Origin: Candidatus Multivorans sp.
GTDB taxonomy: Bacteria; Acidobacteriota; Thermoanaerobaculia; Multivoradales; Multivoraceae
Direction: 5' to 3'
Length of the DNA: 64,000 nt
Assembly (NCBI GenBank): GCA_965224025.1
Contig: OZ245033.1
Span: 4,672,001-4,736,000, forward strand
Part shown: piece after piece, positions 8,695-17,599 of the stretch
Layout of the letters: each line of letters starts with the position of its first letter
Position numbering within the stretch: position 1 is the stretch's first letter
The notes under the pieces: model-generated
What the model was told of the DNA's origin: nothing
The model's database searches: none
Seen by the model: only the letters and a program-made list of their open reading frames with translations
Program-made: the position numbers and the translations under genes

Positions 8695-10293
8695 TCACCG
8701 ATCCTCCAGCGGACGCGGCGGCCCCAGTAGACGGCGCAGTTCCGTGGCCCCACTTCCCTCGCGAACGACCTCCCGGTTCCCAATCATCAGCAGCACCACG
8801 CCGTCCGGGTCGAGGAAGCGCTCCGCCGCGCGCCGTACGTCCGCCGAGGTCACGGCATGCAGACGCCGCCGGTAGTGAGCCCAGTACTCGTGAGGCCGTC
8901 CCAGCAACTCGTCCTCGGCGTAGACGCCGGCAATCGCCTCCGCGCGGTCGAAGAGCAGTGGAAAACGGGCCAACACCGACCGTTTCGCGGTCTCGAGTTC
9001 GCCGGCCGGCGCGGCATCCCGCTGCAGCCGCCGCAGTTCCCGCAGCACCTCGGCGACAGCCTCGGCGGCAGCCTCGGGCGCGGTCTCCAGGAAGACGCGG
9101 AACTCGCCCGCGTGCTCCGACCCCCAACCGCTCCGCGGGGGATCGATGTCGAAGGTCGTCAGCAGGCGGTAGACCAGGCCGTCACCGAGCTGCAGACGGG
9201 ACCGCAGGCGAGACACGGCGCCGGGGCCGTCGAGGATCTCGGTCAGCAGCAGCAGCGCCCAACGGTCGCGGTGGTCCCATGAATCGAAGACCGCTCCCCG
9301 GTGGCCGATGGCGATCGCGGCCTGGGCGCCCGGGCGATCCACGGTCCACCAACCCGGCGCCGCGGCCGAGGCCGCCGAATCGCCCGCTTGCCCCACGCCC
9401 ACTTCGTCCGCCTCCGGTCCGCGGGCGCTTGGACCGGCCGCTGCCCGGTCGACTTCGTCGGGCCCCGTCCAATCGCCGAACAGCTCATCCAGGCGAGCCA
9501 CCACGGCTTCGGCATCCACGTCGCCCGAAACGGCGAACACGGCGCCCTCGGGGCGGTAGCGACGGCGATGGAAGTCGGCGAGCGCCTCGGGCGTGAAGGC
9601 AACCACCGCCTCGCGCGTCAGCCGCCGTCCGCGCGGTGCACGGTCTCCATGCACCAGGCGCAGCCACTCCCGTTCGAGGAACCGCCGCGGGTCGTCGTCC
9701 TGGGCGGCGAGGCTGACCTCGAGGTTGTCCTTCGCCTGAGCCAGGCGCTCCGCGTCGAAGCGCGGCTCGAGCACGATGGAAGCAAACAGTTCAAGACCGC
9801 GACCCAAGGCTTCCGAACCGCAGTCGAGGGCGATCACGCTCCGCGCCGAGGCACCCACCGTCTGGATCCGGGCGCCCAGGGCGTCGATTTCGTCGTCCAG
9901 ACGGTCCGGGTCCATGTCGCCGGCGCCCCCGCGACGCAGCATGGCAGCGGTCATCGAGGCCAGTCCTGCCTCCGCGGGCCGCTCGTCCGGATCGCCGACC
10001 GGAAACGCCAGCACGACATCTACCAGGGGCAAGCTGCGATCCGGCACGACGTAGACTGGCAGCCCGTTGGCCAGTTCGAAGAGCATGCCGTCGGGACTCG
10101 GCGGCGCGAAGGCCGACGGAGGAAAACGCAGGCCTTCCGGGCGCGGCGGAATCTGGGCGCCTCCTGCTGCTCCCGCCACGGTCAGGCCGAGCAAGACGAA
10201 CAGACTGAGCACCGGCGCCAGCCCCGGATGCGGGCGGGACGCCCGCGTTCCCAGGACCGGAGTCGCGTACCGTGCCACGCAAGCTGCCGGCAC
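8695..10293 (-). CDS. M16 (insulinase/pitrilysin) family peptidase, non-catalytic subunit
   Basis: 'LANGLPVYVVPDRSLPLV', 'GLASMTAAMLRRG', 'SRLRSRL...GLVY'; lacks HxxEH. Confidence 0.85.
   Translation of the reverse strand: MPAACVARYATPVLGTRASRPHPGLAPVLSLFVLLGLTVAGAAGGAQIPPRPEGLRFPPSAFAPPSPDGMLFELANGLPVYVVPDRSLPLVDVVLAFPVGDPDERPAEAGLASMTAAMLRRGGAGDMDPDRLDDEIDALGARIQTVGASARSVIALDCGSEALGRGLELFASIVLEPRFDAERLAQAKDNLEVSLAAQDDDPRRFLEREWLRLVHGDRAPRGRRLTREAVVAFTPEALADFHRRRYRPEGAVFAVSGDVDAEAVVARLDELFGDWTGPDEVDRAAAGPSARGPEADEVGVGQAGDSAASAAAPGWWTVDRPGAQAAIAIGHRGAVFDSWDHRDRWALLLLTEILDGPGAVSRLRSRLQLGDGLVYRLLTTFDIDPPRSGWGSEHAGEFRVFLETAPEAAAEAVAEVLRELRRLQRDAAPAGELETAKRSVLARFPLLFDRAEAIAGVYAEDELLGRPHEYWAHYRRRLHAVTSADVRRAAERFLDPDGVVLLMIGNREVVREGSGATELRRLLGPPRPLEDR
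10224..10255 (+). repeat. REP-like element within the 5' coding region of the non-catalytic M16 gene
   Basis: ccggatgcgggcgggacgcccgcgttcccagg. Confidence 0.8.
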
Positions 10294-10296
10294 CGC

Positions 10297-11916
10297 TTAG
10301 CCCTCCCCGGTCCGCTCTAGCGACAGGACGGCTCGTTTCTCCGCCACGAGAAAGGCGTCGATCACCCGCACCAGGTCATCGGCGCCAACCGCGGCCGCCG
10401 CCTCGAACCACCCATCCAGTTGCCGCCAGCCGCCCAGTACTTCGGCCGCCGCCAGCCGGTGGGCGAGTCCAGCGTCGGTTTCGATCTGCCGGAAGGAGTC
10501 GGTGGCCAGTTGGCGCCGAACCCGCTCCAGCTCCTCGCGTTCGACGCCGTCCGCCCGAACCCGCGCCAGCAGGCGGTCCCACGCCGGGAGCAGCTCCGCC
10601 AACTTCGTGTCGCCGGCAGCCTCGACGCGCACCGCGAAGTAGCCCCCGTGGATCCGCGACACATGCCGCGCCGAAGCCGAGGTTGCCACCGCGTCATCCG
10701 CGAGCACGAGCCGACGATGCAGCCGGCCCGAGCGGCCGTTCAGTACGCCCGCCAGCACATCCAGGGCGACTGCGTCACCCGAAGCCGCAAAGGCCACGGT
10801 GGGATAGCGGATCTCGATCTGCGTGCGGCAGGCGCAGAGTCCGTCCAGCGACCCGAGAGCGGGCGAGGGAGACGGCGAGCCCAGGGGTTGCGGACTCGCC
10901 GGTCTGCTCGGTACGGAACGCGGGAGAGGCGCCGCCGTTCCCGGATCTCCCCGCCGGCGAGAGGCCTCGGTTCGCGAAGCCCGTCCCGAGCCACGGCTGA
11001 TGCGGCCGAAGTAGCGCTCGGCCAGTTCCCTGGCGCGCTCCGGCGCCACGTCGCCGACCAGCACCGCGACCAGCCGCTCCGGCCCGTAGGCCGCCTTGAA
11101 GTGCGCCCGCGCGTCCGCCGGCAGGAGGCCCGCGATCTCCAGCCGGTCTCCTCCCGGCGTGTGGGCGTAGGGATGGCCCGCGCCCCAGAAGGCGGCGTCG
11201 AAGAGCTCGAACCACGAACCCGCCGGACTCGAATCGATGCGCTGCCGACGCTCCTGCTCGACCATCCGCAACTCACGCTCGAAGCCGCGGAACACGGGCT
11301 CGAGCAACCGGTCGGACTCCATCCAGAACCACAGCTCGATCTTCTCCGCGGGCGCCAGTACCTGGAACACGGTCGAGTCGTGCCGCGTCTCCGCGTCGAG
11401 GCCGAAGGCACCGGCACGGGTGTAGACCGTCGAGTACTCGCCCGGCCGCCGCAGCGCCGCCAGCCGTCGTTCCAGGCGGGCAAGGCCCTGCGTGGTCCGG
11501 CGCCGCCGCAGGGACTCCTCGTATTGCCGCTCCCACTGCCGCAGGAGCCGCGCCTCCGCGTCCCAGTCCGCGGTGCCGACGGTCCGGCTGCCGGCGAACA
11601 GCAGGTGCTCCACCAAGTGGGCCAGACCCCGCTGACCCGGCGGATCCGCCGCCGAACCGCCCCGCGCCGCCCACACGGCGGAGACCAAGGGCCTCCCGGG
11701 CCGCTCGACGACCAGGAAGGTCATGCCATTGTCCAGTTCGAAGTGAGCGGGCTGGAGTTCGGCCGGCAACGTCGCGGGCGCCGCAGGCGCTGCCGCGGCA
11801 AGAACCAGAACGGCGAGGAAGCTGCGCCGCAGAACGATCCGTCCCTGGGAACGCGCGAATCTTGCCCGCATCCGGCGCGAAGCGGTCGCGTTGGAGATGG
11901 CGCTGTGACTCCTCAC
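10297..11916 (-). CDS. M16 family peptidase, catalytic subunit (start GTG 11916 or ATG 11871)
   Basis: 'GLAHLVEHLLF' inverted zinc motif HxxEH; 'WFWMESDRL'; signal peptide; GTG overlaps the upstream stop. Confidence 0.88.
   Translation of the reverse strand: MRSHSAISNATASRRMRARFARSQGRIVLRRSFLAVLVLAAAAPAAPATLPAELQPAHFELDNGMTFLVVERPGRPLVSAVWAARGGSAADPPGQRGLAHLVEHLLFAGSRTVGTADWDAEARLLRQWERQYEESLRRRRTTQGLARLERRLAALRRPGEYSTVYTRAGAFGLDAETRHDSTVFQVLAPAEKIELWFWMESDRLLEPVFRGFERELRMVEQERRQRIDSSPAGSWFELFDAAFWGAGHPYAHTPGGDRLEIAGLLPADARAHFKAAYGPERLVAVLVGDVAPERARELAERYFGRISRGSGRASRTEASRRRGDPGTAAPLPRSVPSRPASPQPLGSPSPSPALGSLDGLCACRTQIEIRYPTVAFAASGDAVALDVLAGVLNGRSGRLHRRLVLADDAVATSASARHVSRIHGGYFAVRVEAAGDTKLAELLPAWDRLLARVRADGVEREELERVRRQLATDSFRQIETDAGLAHRLAAAEVLGGWRQLDGWFEAAAAVGADDLVRVIDAFLVAEKRAVLSLERTGEG
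10914..10944 (+). repeat. Degenerate REP-like element in the interdomain insertion of the catalytic M16 gene
   Basis: cggaacgcgggagaggcgccgccgttcccgg aligns with the imuA copy cggaatgcgggcgagacgcccgcgttcccag. Confidence 0.6.
11822..11885 (-). repeat. REP-like element plus flank at the 5' end of the catalytic M16 gene
   Basis: ctgcgccgcagaacgatccgtccctgggaacgcgcgaatcttgcccgcatccggcgcgaagcg matches the reverse complement of ~32427-32489. Confidence 0.8.
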
Positions 11917-13706
11917 CGCCGCTCCTGGACCACCAGGTAGACGCCCGACGGCGGATCGACGATGCGGGTCCGGGCGCCGGAGGGCCACCGCACGTCGAGC
12001 CGGCGGAAGGCGCCGGCGCCGGCCGCCGGGACGTTGCCGGACGCCGCCGCAGCCCAGCGGAGCCGATGTCCGCTCGACGACTGGTAGCTGTCGCCCCGCA
12101 GCACCCAGCGGTGAGCCGGCGGCTTCCCGGGCTCGGCGGCGAGCGTCACGGCGGCGCCCACCGCCTGTGTGTTCGACCCGGCGCCGCGCAGCTCGACGCC
12201 GAGCCAACCGCCACCTTCCGGCCCTGCCGTGTCATTCCGCCCCGTGTCGCTGCGCCCCGTCTCGTTCCGCCAGAGGCGCGCCGGACCGTCGTTGGCGGTA
12301 ACCACGAGGTCGCCGTCGCCATCGCCGTCGTAGTCCGCGACTGCGGCGCCGCGGCTGACCAGCGGATCCCGATCCGTCCAGTCGCAGCGCACTTCGATGA
12401 AGCTCTGGCGGGGGTCCGCCGCGTTGCCGCGGAGCAGCAGGTTGCGCTGCCGGTGGCTCGTGTTGTCGCGCCGGGGCGTAGTGAAGATGTGCCCGTTGGC
12501 GACGTACACATCGAGCGCGCCGTCCCTGTCGAAGTCCTCGGTCACGATCCCGAATCCGAGCAGGTTGAAGGAGGGCTGACCGAAGCCGGACACGGCCGAT
12601 ACGTCCTCGAACAGAAGGCCGCCGCCGGCGCCGGCATTGCGAGCGCCGGCATTGCGGTAGAGCGTGTTCGTCTCGACATCGAAGTTGGTCACCATGAGAT
12701 CCGGATCGCCGTCGGAATCGAAGTCGGCAGCCGCCAGCCCCATGCCTGCCTCCGGCCGGCCGTTTCGATTCACGGCAGCGCCCGACAACAGCGACTGATC
12801 CTCGAACGTGCCGTCGCCCCGGTTGCGGAACACGAGGTTCAGGGTCAGATCGTTGGCCACGTAGAGATCGGGCCGGCCGTCTCCATCGAGGTCGGTGAAG
12901 ACCACCCCGAGACCCTTGCCGTCGGCGCCGTCGAGACCGGCCGCCGCCACTCCGTCCTCGAAGACGCCGCCGCCCCGGTTCACGTAGTAGCGGTCGTGCT
13001 GGCCCAGGAACAGCGACGGATCGCACACCTCCGGCGCGGCGCCGGGACCGTCCCGCCGGCAGACCAGGCCGTGGTCCGGGTCGTAATGGAGGTAGCGGCT
13101 GACGTAGAGGTCCAGGTCGCCGTCGCCGGCCGCATCGGCAAGGGCCATCGAGGAACCCCACGGGAACTCGTCCGCCCCTCCCTCCGGCTCGGCCGCTCGC
13201 AGCGGTTCCGCCGCGGCGAATGCGCCGTGTCCGCCATTGCGCAAGAGCATAGTGGGACCGTAGTGCGACACCAGCAGGTCGACGTCCCGGTCGCCGTCGA
13301 CATCGGCGGCGACGACTCCCTGGCCGTAGCCGCGGGCAAGGCCGCCGGCGTCGGCCGGCTCGAAGCGGATCTTCCCCGCGGCGTCGGGCCCCAGGTTGCG
13401 AAACAGCCGGTCCGCCGCCGCCTCGCCACGCTGCGGCGGGAACGGCCCCGACTGCACCAGGTAGAGGTCGAGCCAGCCGTCACCGTCGAAGTCGATCCAG
13501 GCGACGCCCGCGCCCATCGTCTCGGGCAGGTGCAGGCCGCCGCTCGCGCCCGATTCGTGGACGAAGCGCACACCGGCCTCCACCGCCACCTCCGTGAACG
13601 TGAAGCCGCAATCCTCACTGCCGGCGGCGCCGAAAGGGAGGACGAAGGCGCACGCCAGCGTCGCGACGTGGGCGACCGACGAGGCGCCGCCGGCGTCCCG
13701 GCTCAT
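11913..13706 (-). CDS. CRTAC1/ASPIC-UnbV family FG-GAP repeat protein
   Basis: 'LPETMGAGVAWIDFDGDGWLDLY', multiple DxDxDG calcium-binding repeats, 'SRGAAVADYDGDGD', 'VRWPSG'. Confidence 0.9.
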   Translation of the reverse strand: MSRDAGGASSVAHVATLACAFVLPFGAAGSEDCGFTFTEVAVEAGVRFVHESGASGGLHLPETMGAGVAWIDFDGDGWLDLYLVQSGPFPPQRGEAAADRLFRNLGPDAAGKIRFEPADAGGLARGYGQGVVAADVDGDRDVDLLVSHYGPTMLLRNGGHGAFAAAEPLRAAEPEGGADEFPWGSSMALADAAGDGDLDLYVSRYLHYDPDHGLVCRRDGPGAAPEVCDPSLFLGQHDRYYVNRGGGVFEDGVAAAGLDGADGKGLGVVFTDLDGDGRPDLYVANDLTLNLVFRNRGDGTFEDQSLLSGAAVNRNGRPEAGMGLAAADFDSDGDPDLMVTNFDVETNTLYRNAGARNAGAGGGLLFEDVSAVSGFGQPSFNLLGFGIVTEDFDRDGALDVYVANGHIFTTPRRDNTSHRQRNLLLRGNAADPRQSFIEVRCDWTDRDPLVSRGAAVADYDGDGDGDLVVTANDGPARLWRNETGRSDTGRNDTAGPEGGGWLGVELRGAGSNTQAVGAAVTLAAEPGKPPAHRWVLRGDSYQSSSGHRLRWAAAASGNVPAAGAGAFRRLDVRWPSGARTRIVDPPSGVYLVVQERR

Positions 13707-13766
13707 CCGGTGACCGCGCGACGGCCGCCTGGAAACGGTTCGCAGGTCATCTTGAAGCGTCCTCGG

Positions 13767-14171
13767 CTAGTGGGAGGCGATGTCCAGGATCTGCGCCACT
13801 CCAGTGATCCCCTGTAGTTTGCCGACTTCGCGGTTCAACTCCGTGATCTGGCCAGAGAGTTGTTCGTCCAACCGGTCAATCCGCTCGTCCAGCCGGTCGC
13901 CCAACCGGTCAATCCGCTCCTCCATCCGAGACCAACGCTCCTCGAACTTCGCCTCCATCCGATCGCACCGCGCATCGAGCTTCGCCTCGATCCCGTCGCA
14001 CCGCGCATCGATCCCGTCGCACCGCGCATCGAACTTCGCCTCGATCCGCGCCCGGTCCTGCCGGGCCTCCTCGAAGCGTCGGTCCATTCGACGCACGCCC
14101 CAGGCGAACAGCCCGCCAAGCGCCGCAAAGCTCGGCACCATGACGCCAGCGATCTGAAGAGCCGTTTCCAT
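13767..14171 (-). CDS. Small membrane-anchored coiled-coil protein with internal tandem repeats
   Basis: GGAGG RBS before ATG 14171; N-terminal TM helix; EAKFDARCDGI/DARCDGI repeats. Confidence 0.75.
   Translation of the reverse strand: METALQIAGVMVPSFAALGGLFAWGVRRMDRRFEEARQDRARIEAKFDARCDGIDARCDGIEAKLDARCDRMEAKFEERWSRMEERIDRLGDRLDERIDRLDEQLSGQITELNREVGKLQGITGVAQILDIASH
13943..14047. repeat. In-frame tandem 33-bp/21-bp repeats
   Basis: 'tcgcaccgcgcatcga' x3 and 'cttcgcctc' x3 directly visible. Confidence 0.85.
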
Positions 14172-14357
14172 TCCATCCTCCACCGGATCGCCTCCGGACT
14201 CAGGATCCAAGTCGGGAATGACCTCAGAGCCGGCGGCGCCACGATGGCGCGGCCACGACTCTATCCAATGACTCAGACGGAATTCCGCCGCGCCATCCCG
14301 CACAGCTCCGACGAGGTCCACAGGGGCGGCCACGCCGGAGAGACTTAGACTGCGCCC

Positions 14358-15590
14358 ATGGACCTCGTCTGCGGCCCGCACATCCTGACGTCGGTCGAAC
14401 GGCCCCTGGTCATGGGGGTGCTCAACGTGACGCCGGACAGCTTCTTCGACGGCGGCCGCCACCACGCCTGCGAGGCCGCGATCGAACACGCGCGGCGCAT
14501 GGCGGCGGAAGGGGCCGACCTGATCGACATCGGCGCCGAAAGCACCCGGCCGGGCGCCGATCCGGTGGGCTTGACGGAGGAGCTTGGCCGGCTGCTGCCG
14601 GTGATCGAAGGCATCGGCCGGCTCGACCTCGGAGTGCCCCTGAGCGTCGACACGGCGAAGCCCGAGGCCGCCGACCGCGCGCTTGCTGCCGGCGCCGACC
14701 TGATCAACGACACTTCCGGCGCCGGCGAGGCGATGCTCGAGGTCGCGGCCCGCCACGGCGCTCCAGTGATCGCCATGCACATGCAGGGCGAACCGCGCAC
14801 GATGCAGCGCAAGCCCAGCTACGACGACGTGGTGGCCGAGATCCGCGACTACCTCGCCGGGCGGGTCGCGGCCGGACGGCGCCTCGGAGTCGAGGTGCTG
14901 GTCGACCCGGGAATCGGCTTCGGCAAGACGCTCGAGCACAACCTCGACCTGCTGGCGAACCTGCACGAGCTGCAGCAGATCGGCGCGCCCGTGGTGCTCG
15001 GCGTGTCGCGTAAGTCGTTCCTCGACCGGCTGCTCGGCGGCGTACCCGTCGGGGAGCGACTGACCGGAACGCTGGCGGTCAACGCCTGGGCGGCGGCACT
15101 GGGCATTGCCGACGTGCTGCGGGTACACGATGTCGAACCGCACCGGCAACTGGCGAAGAGCATCGGCGCCCTGAGGCGGCGGCGCAATCGATCGGCGCCA
15201 AGGCGGCGGGTACTTGCACGCGGCATCGTCTGCCGGAGCCGGATCGGCGTCAGCCGGGAAGAGCGCGCCGCGCCGCAGGAACTCCTGGTCGACATCGAGG
15301 TGACGCTGACGGCCGAGGCCCGCAGAACACGCGACGACCTGGGTGAGACCGTGGACTACGCGGAACTCGCCGCCACAGCAGAAGCGGTCGCGGCGCGCGA
15401 CGAATACCGGCTCGTCGAGACGCTGGCCGAGCGGATTGCGGCGAGCATCGGCCGGGAAACCCCTCAAGCAGCAGGCGGCTCGACGCCGTGGCGCCGGATC
15501 GAATCGCTGCGAGTACGGGTCACGAAGCCCGGCGCCGCTCGCGAGATCGGCGCCGCGGAAGTCGGCGCCGAAGTCGACTGGCGGCCGTGA
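14358..15590 (+). CDS. folP: Dihydropteroate synthase fused to C-terminal dihydroneopterin aldolase (FolP-FolB)
   Basis: 'MGVLNVTPDSFFDGG', 'DIGAESTRPG', 'DPGIGFGK', 'SRKSF', 'RVHDV', then FolB-like 'IGVSREER..PQEL.VD', 'DDLGETVDY', 'LVETLAE', 'VRVTKP'. Confidence 0.92.
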   Translation: MDLVCGPHILTSVERPLVMGVLNVTPDSFFDGGRHHACEAAIEHARRMAAEGADLIDIGAESTRPGADPVGLTEELGRLLPVIEGIGRLDLGVPLSVDTAKPEAADRALAAGADLINDTSGAGEAMLEVAARHGAPVIAMHMQGEPRTMQRKPSYDDVVAEIRDYLAGRVAAGRRLGVEVLVDPGIGFGKTLEHNLDLLANLHELQQIGAPVVLGVSRKSFLDRLLGGVPVGERLTGTLAVNAWAAALGIADVLRVHDVEPHRQLAKSIGALRRRRNRSAPRRRVLARGIVCRSRIGVSREERAAPQELLVDIEVTLTAEARRTRDDLGETVDYAELAATAEAVAARDEYRLVETLAERIAASIGRETPQAAGGSTPWRRIESLRVRVTKPGAAREIGAAEVGAEVDWRP

Positions 15591-16060
15591 CCCGGACCCG
15601 CGCCTTCGTCGCCCTCGGCTCGAACCTGGGCAGTCGACGGACGAACCTGCGCGCAGCGATCGACCAGCTCTCGCGACTCGGGGACGTGACCGCGGTTTCA
15701 GGGTTCCACCCTACCCGGGCCGTACCGGAGAGCGGCGTCGCGGCCACCGACCCGGAGTTCCTGAATGCCGCGGCGGCGATCGAAACACACCTCGACGCCA
15801 GGACCCTGCTCGATGGCCTGCTCGAGATCGAGGCCGGCCTCGGTCGGGATCGGACATCCACCCCGGTCGGCCCGAGGACGATCGACCTCGACCTGCTCCT
15901 GTTCGGCGACCTCGTCATCGAGGCGCCCGGCCTGGTGGTGCCCCACCCCCGCATGCACCGCCGCCGCTTCGTCCTCGAGCCGCTCTGCCAGATCGCCCCC
16001 AACGCCTGGCACCCCGGCCTGGGGAAGACCGCGGCCGAGTTGCTGGCCGGGTTGCGCTAG
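15587..16060 (+). CDS. folK: 2-amino-4-hydroxy-6-hydroxymethyldihydropteridine pyrophosphokinase
   Basis: 'AFVALGSNLG', 'FLNAA', 'GPRTIDLDLL', 'VPHPRMHRRRFVLEPL'; GTGA overlap with folP. Confidence 0.93.
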   Translation: MTRTRAFVALGSNLGSRRTNLRAAIDQLSRLGDVTAVSGFHPTRAVPESGVAATDPEFLNAAAAIETHLDARTLLDGLLEIEAGLGRDRTSTPVGPRTIDLDLLLFGDLVIEAPGLVVPHPRMHRRRFVLEPLCQIAPNAWHPGLGKTAAELLAGLR

Positions 16061-17226
16061 TAGCTCTTCGGCAGGCCCAACACCTTCTCGGCAATGTGAC
16101 AGAGGATGAGCTGCGGGCTGACCGGAGCAAGGCGCGGAATCATCACCTCGCGCATCAGCCGCTCGACATGGAACTCCTTCGCGTAGCCCATGCCGCCGTG
16201 GGTCATGACCGCCTGCGTGCAGGCCTTGAAGCCCGCCTCGGCGCCGAGGTACTTCGCGGCGTTCGCATAGTGGCCGCACGGCTCCTCGCGGTCGTAGAGC
16301 GACGCCGCCTGCATCGCCACGAGGAACGCCGCCTCCAGCTCCATCCAACATTCCGCCAGCGGATGCTGAATCGACTGGTTCTGGCCGATCGGACGACCGA
16401 AGACCCGCCGGTTGCGGGCATAGTCGCTTGCTCTCTCCAGCGCGTTGCGGCCGACGCCGACCGCCTCGATGCCGATCAGGATCCGCTCCGGGTTCAGGCT
16501 GTGAAGGATGTACTCGAAGCCGCGCCCTTCTTCGCCGATGCGGTCCTCGGCCGGTATCTCGAGCCCGTCGATGAACAGCTCGTTCGAATCCACCGCGGCC
16601 CGGCCCATCTTCGGAATGCGCCGCACCTCGATCCTCGACCGGTCGAGCGTCGTGTAGAACAACGAAAGGCCCTTCGTCGCCTTGCCCGTCTCCTCTCTGG
16701 GCGTCGTGCGCGCGAGCAGCATGACCCGGTCCGCCTCCTGGGCGGTCGTCGTCCAGATCTTGCGGCCATGGACGATGTAGCCGCCATCCGGCTGCCGCTC
16801 GGCGCGGGTCGTGATCGCCGTCGTTTCCAGCCCGGCATCGGGCTCCGTCACCGCGAAGCACGTCTTCGCCCGACCCTCGATCAGTTCAGGCAGGAAACGA
16901 CGGCGCTGGTCCTCGGCGCCGAAGACGACGATCGGGTGCGGCCCGAAGATGTTGATGTGGATCGCCGAGGCCGCGCTCATGCCGCCGCCCGCACGGGCCA
17001 CTGCGTGCATGACCAGGGCGGCTTCGGTAACGCCCAGGCCGGAACCACCGTACTTCTCCGGCATGGTGATTCCGAGCGCGCCGCACTCGGCCATGGCGCG
17101 GTGGAACTCGTTCGGGAACCGGACCTCGTTGTCGACCGCCAGCCAGTAGTCGTCGTCGAAGGCCGCGCAGGTGCGGGCAATCCCCTCGCACAGAGCACGC
17201 TGCTGTCCGGTGAGCGTGAAGTCCAT
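16057..17226 (-). CDS. Acyl-CoA dehydrogenase
   Basis: 'FAVTEPDAG', 'GRKIWTT', 'R.VFGRPIGQNQ', 'THGGMGYAKEFHVER'. Confidence 0.92.
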   Translation of the reverse strand: MDFTLTGQQRALCEGIARTCAAFDDDYWLAVDNEVRFPNEFHRAMAECGALGITMPEKYGGSGLGVTEAALVMHAVARAGGGMSAASAIHINIFGPHPIVVFGAEDQRRRFLPELIEGRAKTCFAVTEPDAGLETTAITTRAERQPDGGYIVHGRKIWTTTAQEADRVMLLARTTPREETGKATKGLSLFYTTLDRSRIEVRRIPKMGRAAVDSNELFIDGLEIPAEDRIGEEGRGFEYILHSLNPERILIGIEAVGVGRNALERASDYARNRRVFGRPIGQNQSIQHPLAECWMELEAAFLVAMQAASLYDREEPCGHYANAAKYLGAEAGFKACTQAVMTHGGMGYAKEFHVERLMREVMIPRLAPVSPQLILCHIAEKVLGLPKSY

Positions 17227-17567
17227 CAGCCGGGCGCGGAGGGCAGCAGGACATACCGGGCCAGGACGGCAAAGCCGCCGATCAGGATGAACGCCACGGT
17301 CCAGATCAGGGCCGTCCGATGCCCGCGTTTGAGATGATCCTGCTTTCGGGCCCACCGCACGACGGCGCGCAGGAGGAACGGCAGCGACGCTCCCCAGGCC
17401 AGGAGGACGCCCAGCAACAACCAGGATGACGGCGAGAAACCCTGGAGCAGCGCGAGCGCCCCGATCGCGAACAGGAGCGCAACCCGCACCACGACGCGCA
17501 CGAAGCGCATGCTGCCGGCCTGCTGCCTCTTGAGCTGCTGCCGCCGGTCGCTGAAGTCGATGGCCAT
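17226..17567 (-). CDS. Hypothetical membrane protein (about three TM helices)
   Basis: ATG 17567 after GGGAAG; hydrophobic segments; coupled to the downstream dehydrogenase. Confidence 0.65.
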   Translation of the reverse strand: MAIDFSDRRQQLKRQQAGSMRFVRVVVRVALLFAIGALALLQGFSPSSWLLLGVLLAWGASLPFLLRAVVRWARKQDHLKRGHRTALIWTVAFILIGGFAVLARYVLLPSAPG

Positions 17568-17599
17568 GTTCGCTTCCCGGGTCCCGCCTCTGGAAGCCG

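Noticed and set aside
13767-15467. 566-aa minus-strand ORF as one gene
   Set aside because: Only the last 134 codons look real; the rest is antisense to folP
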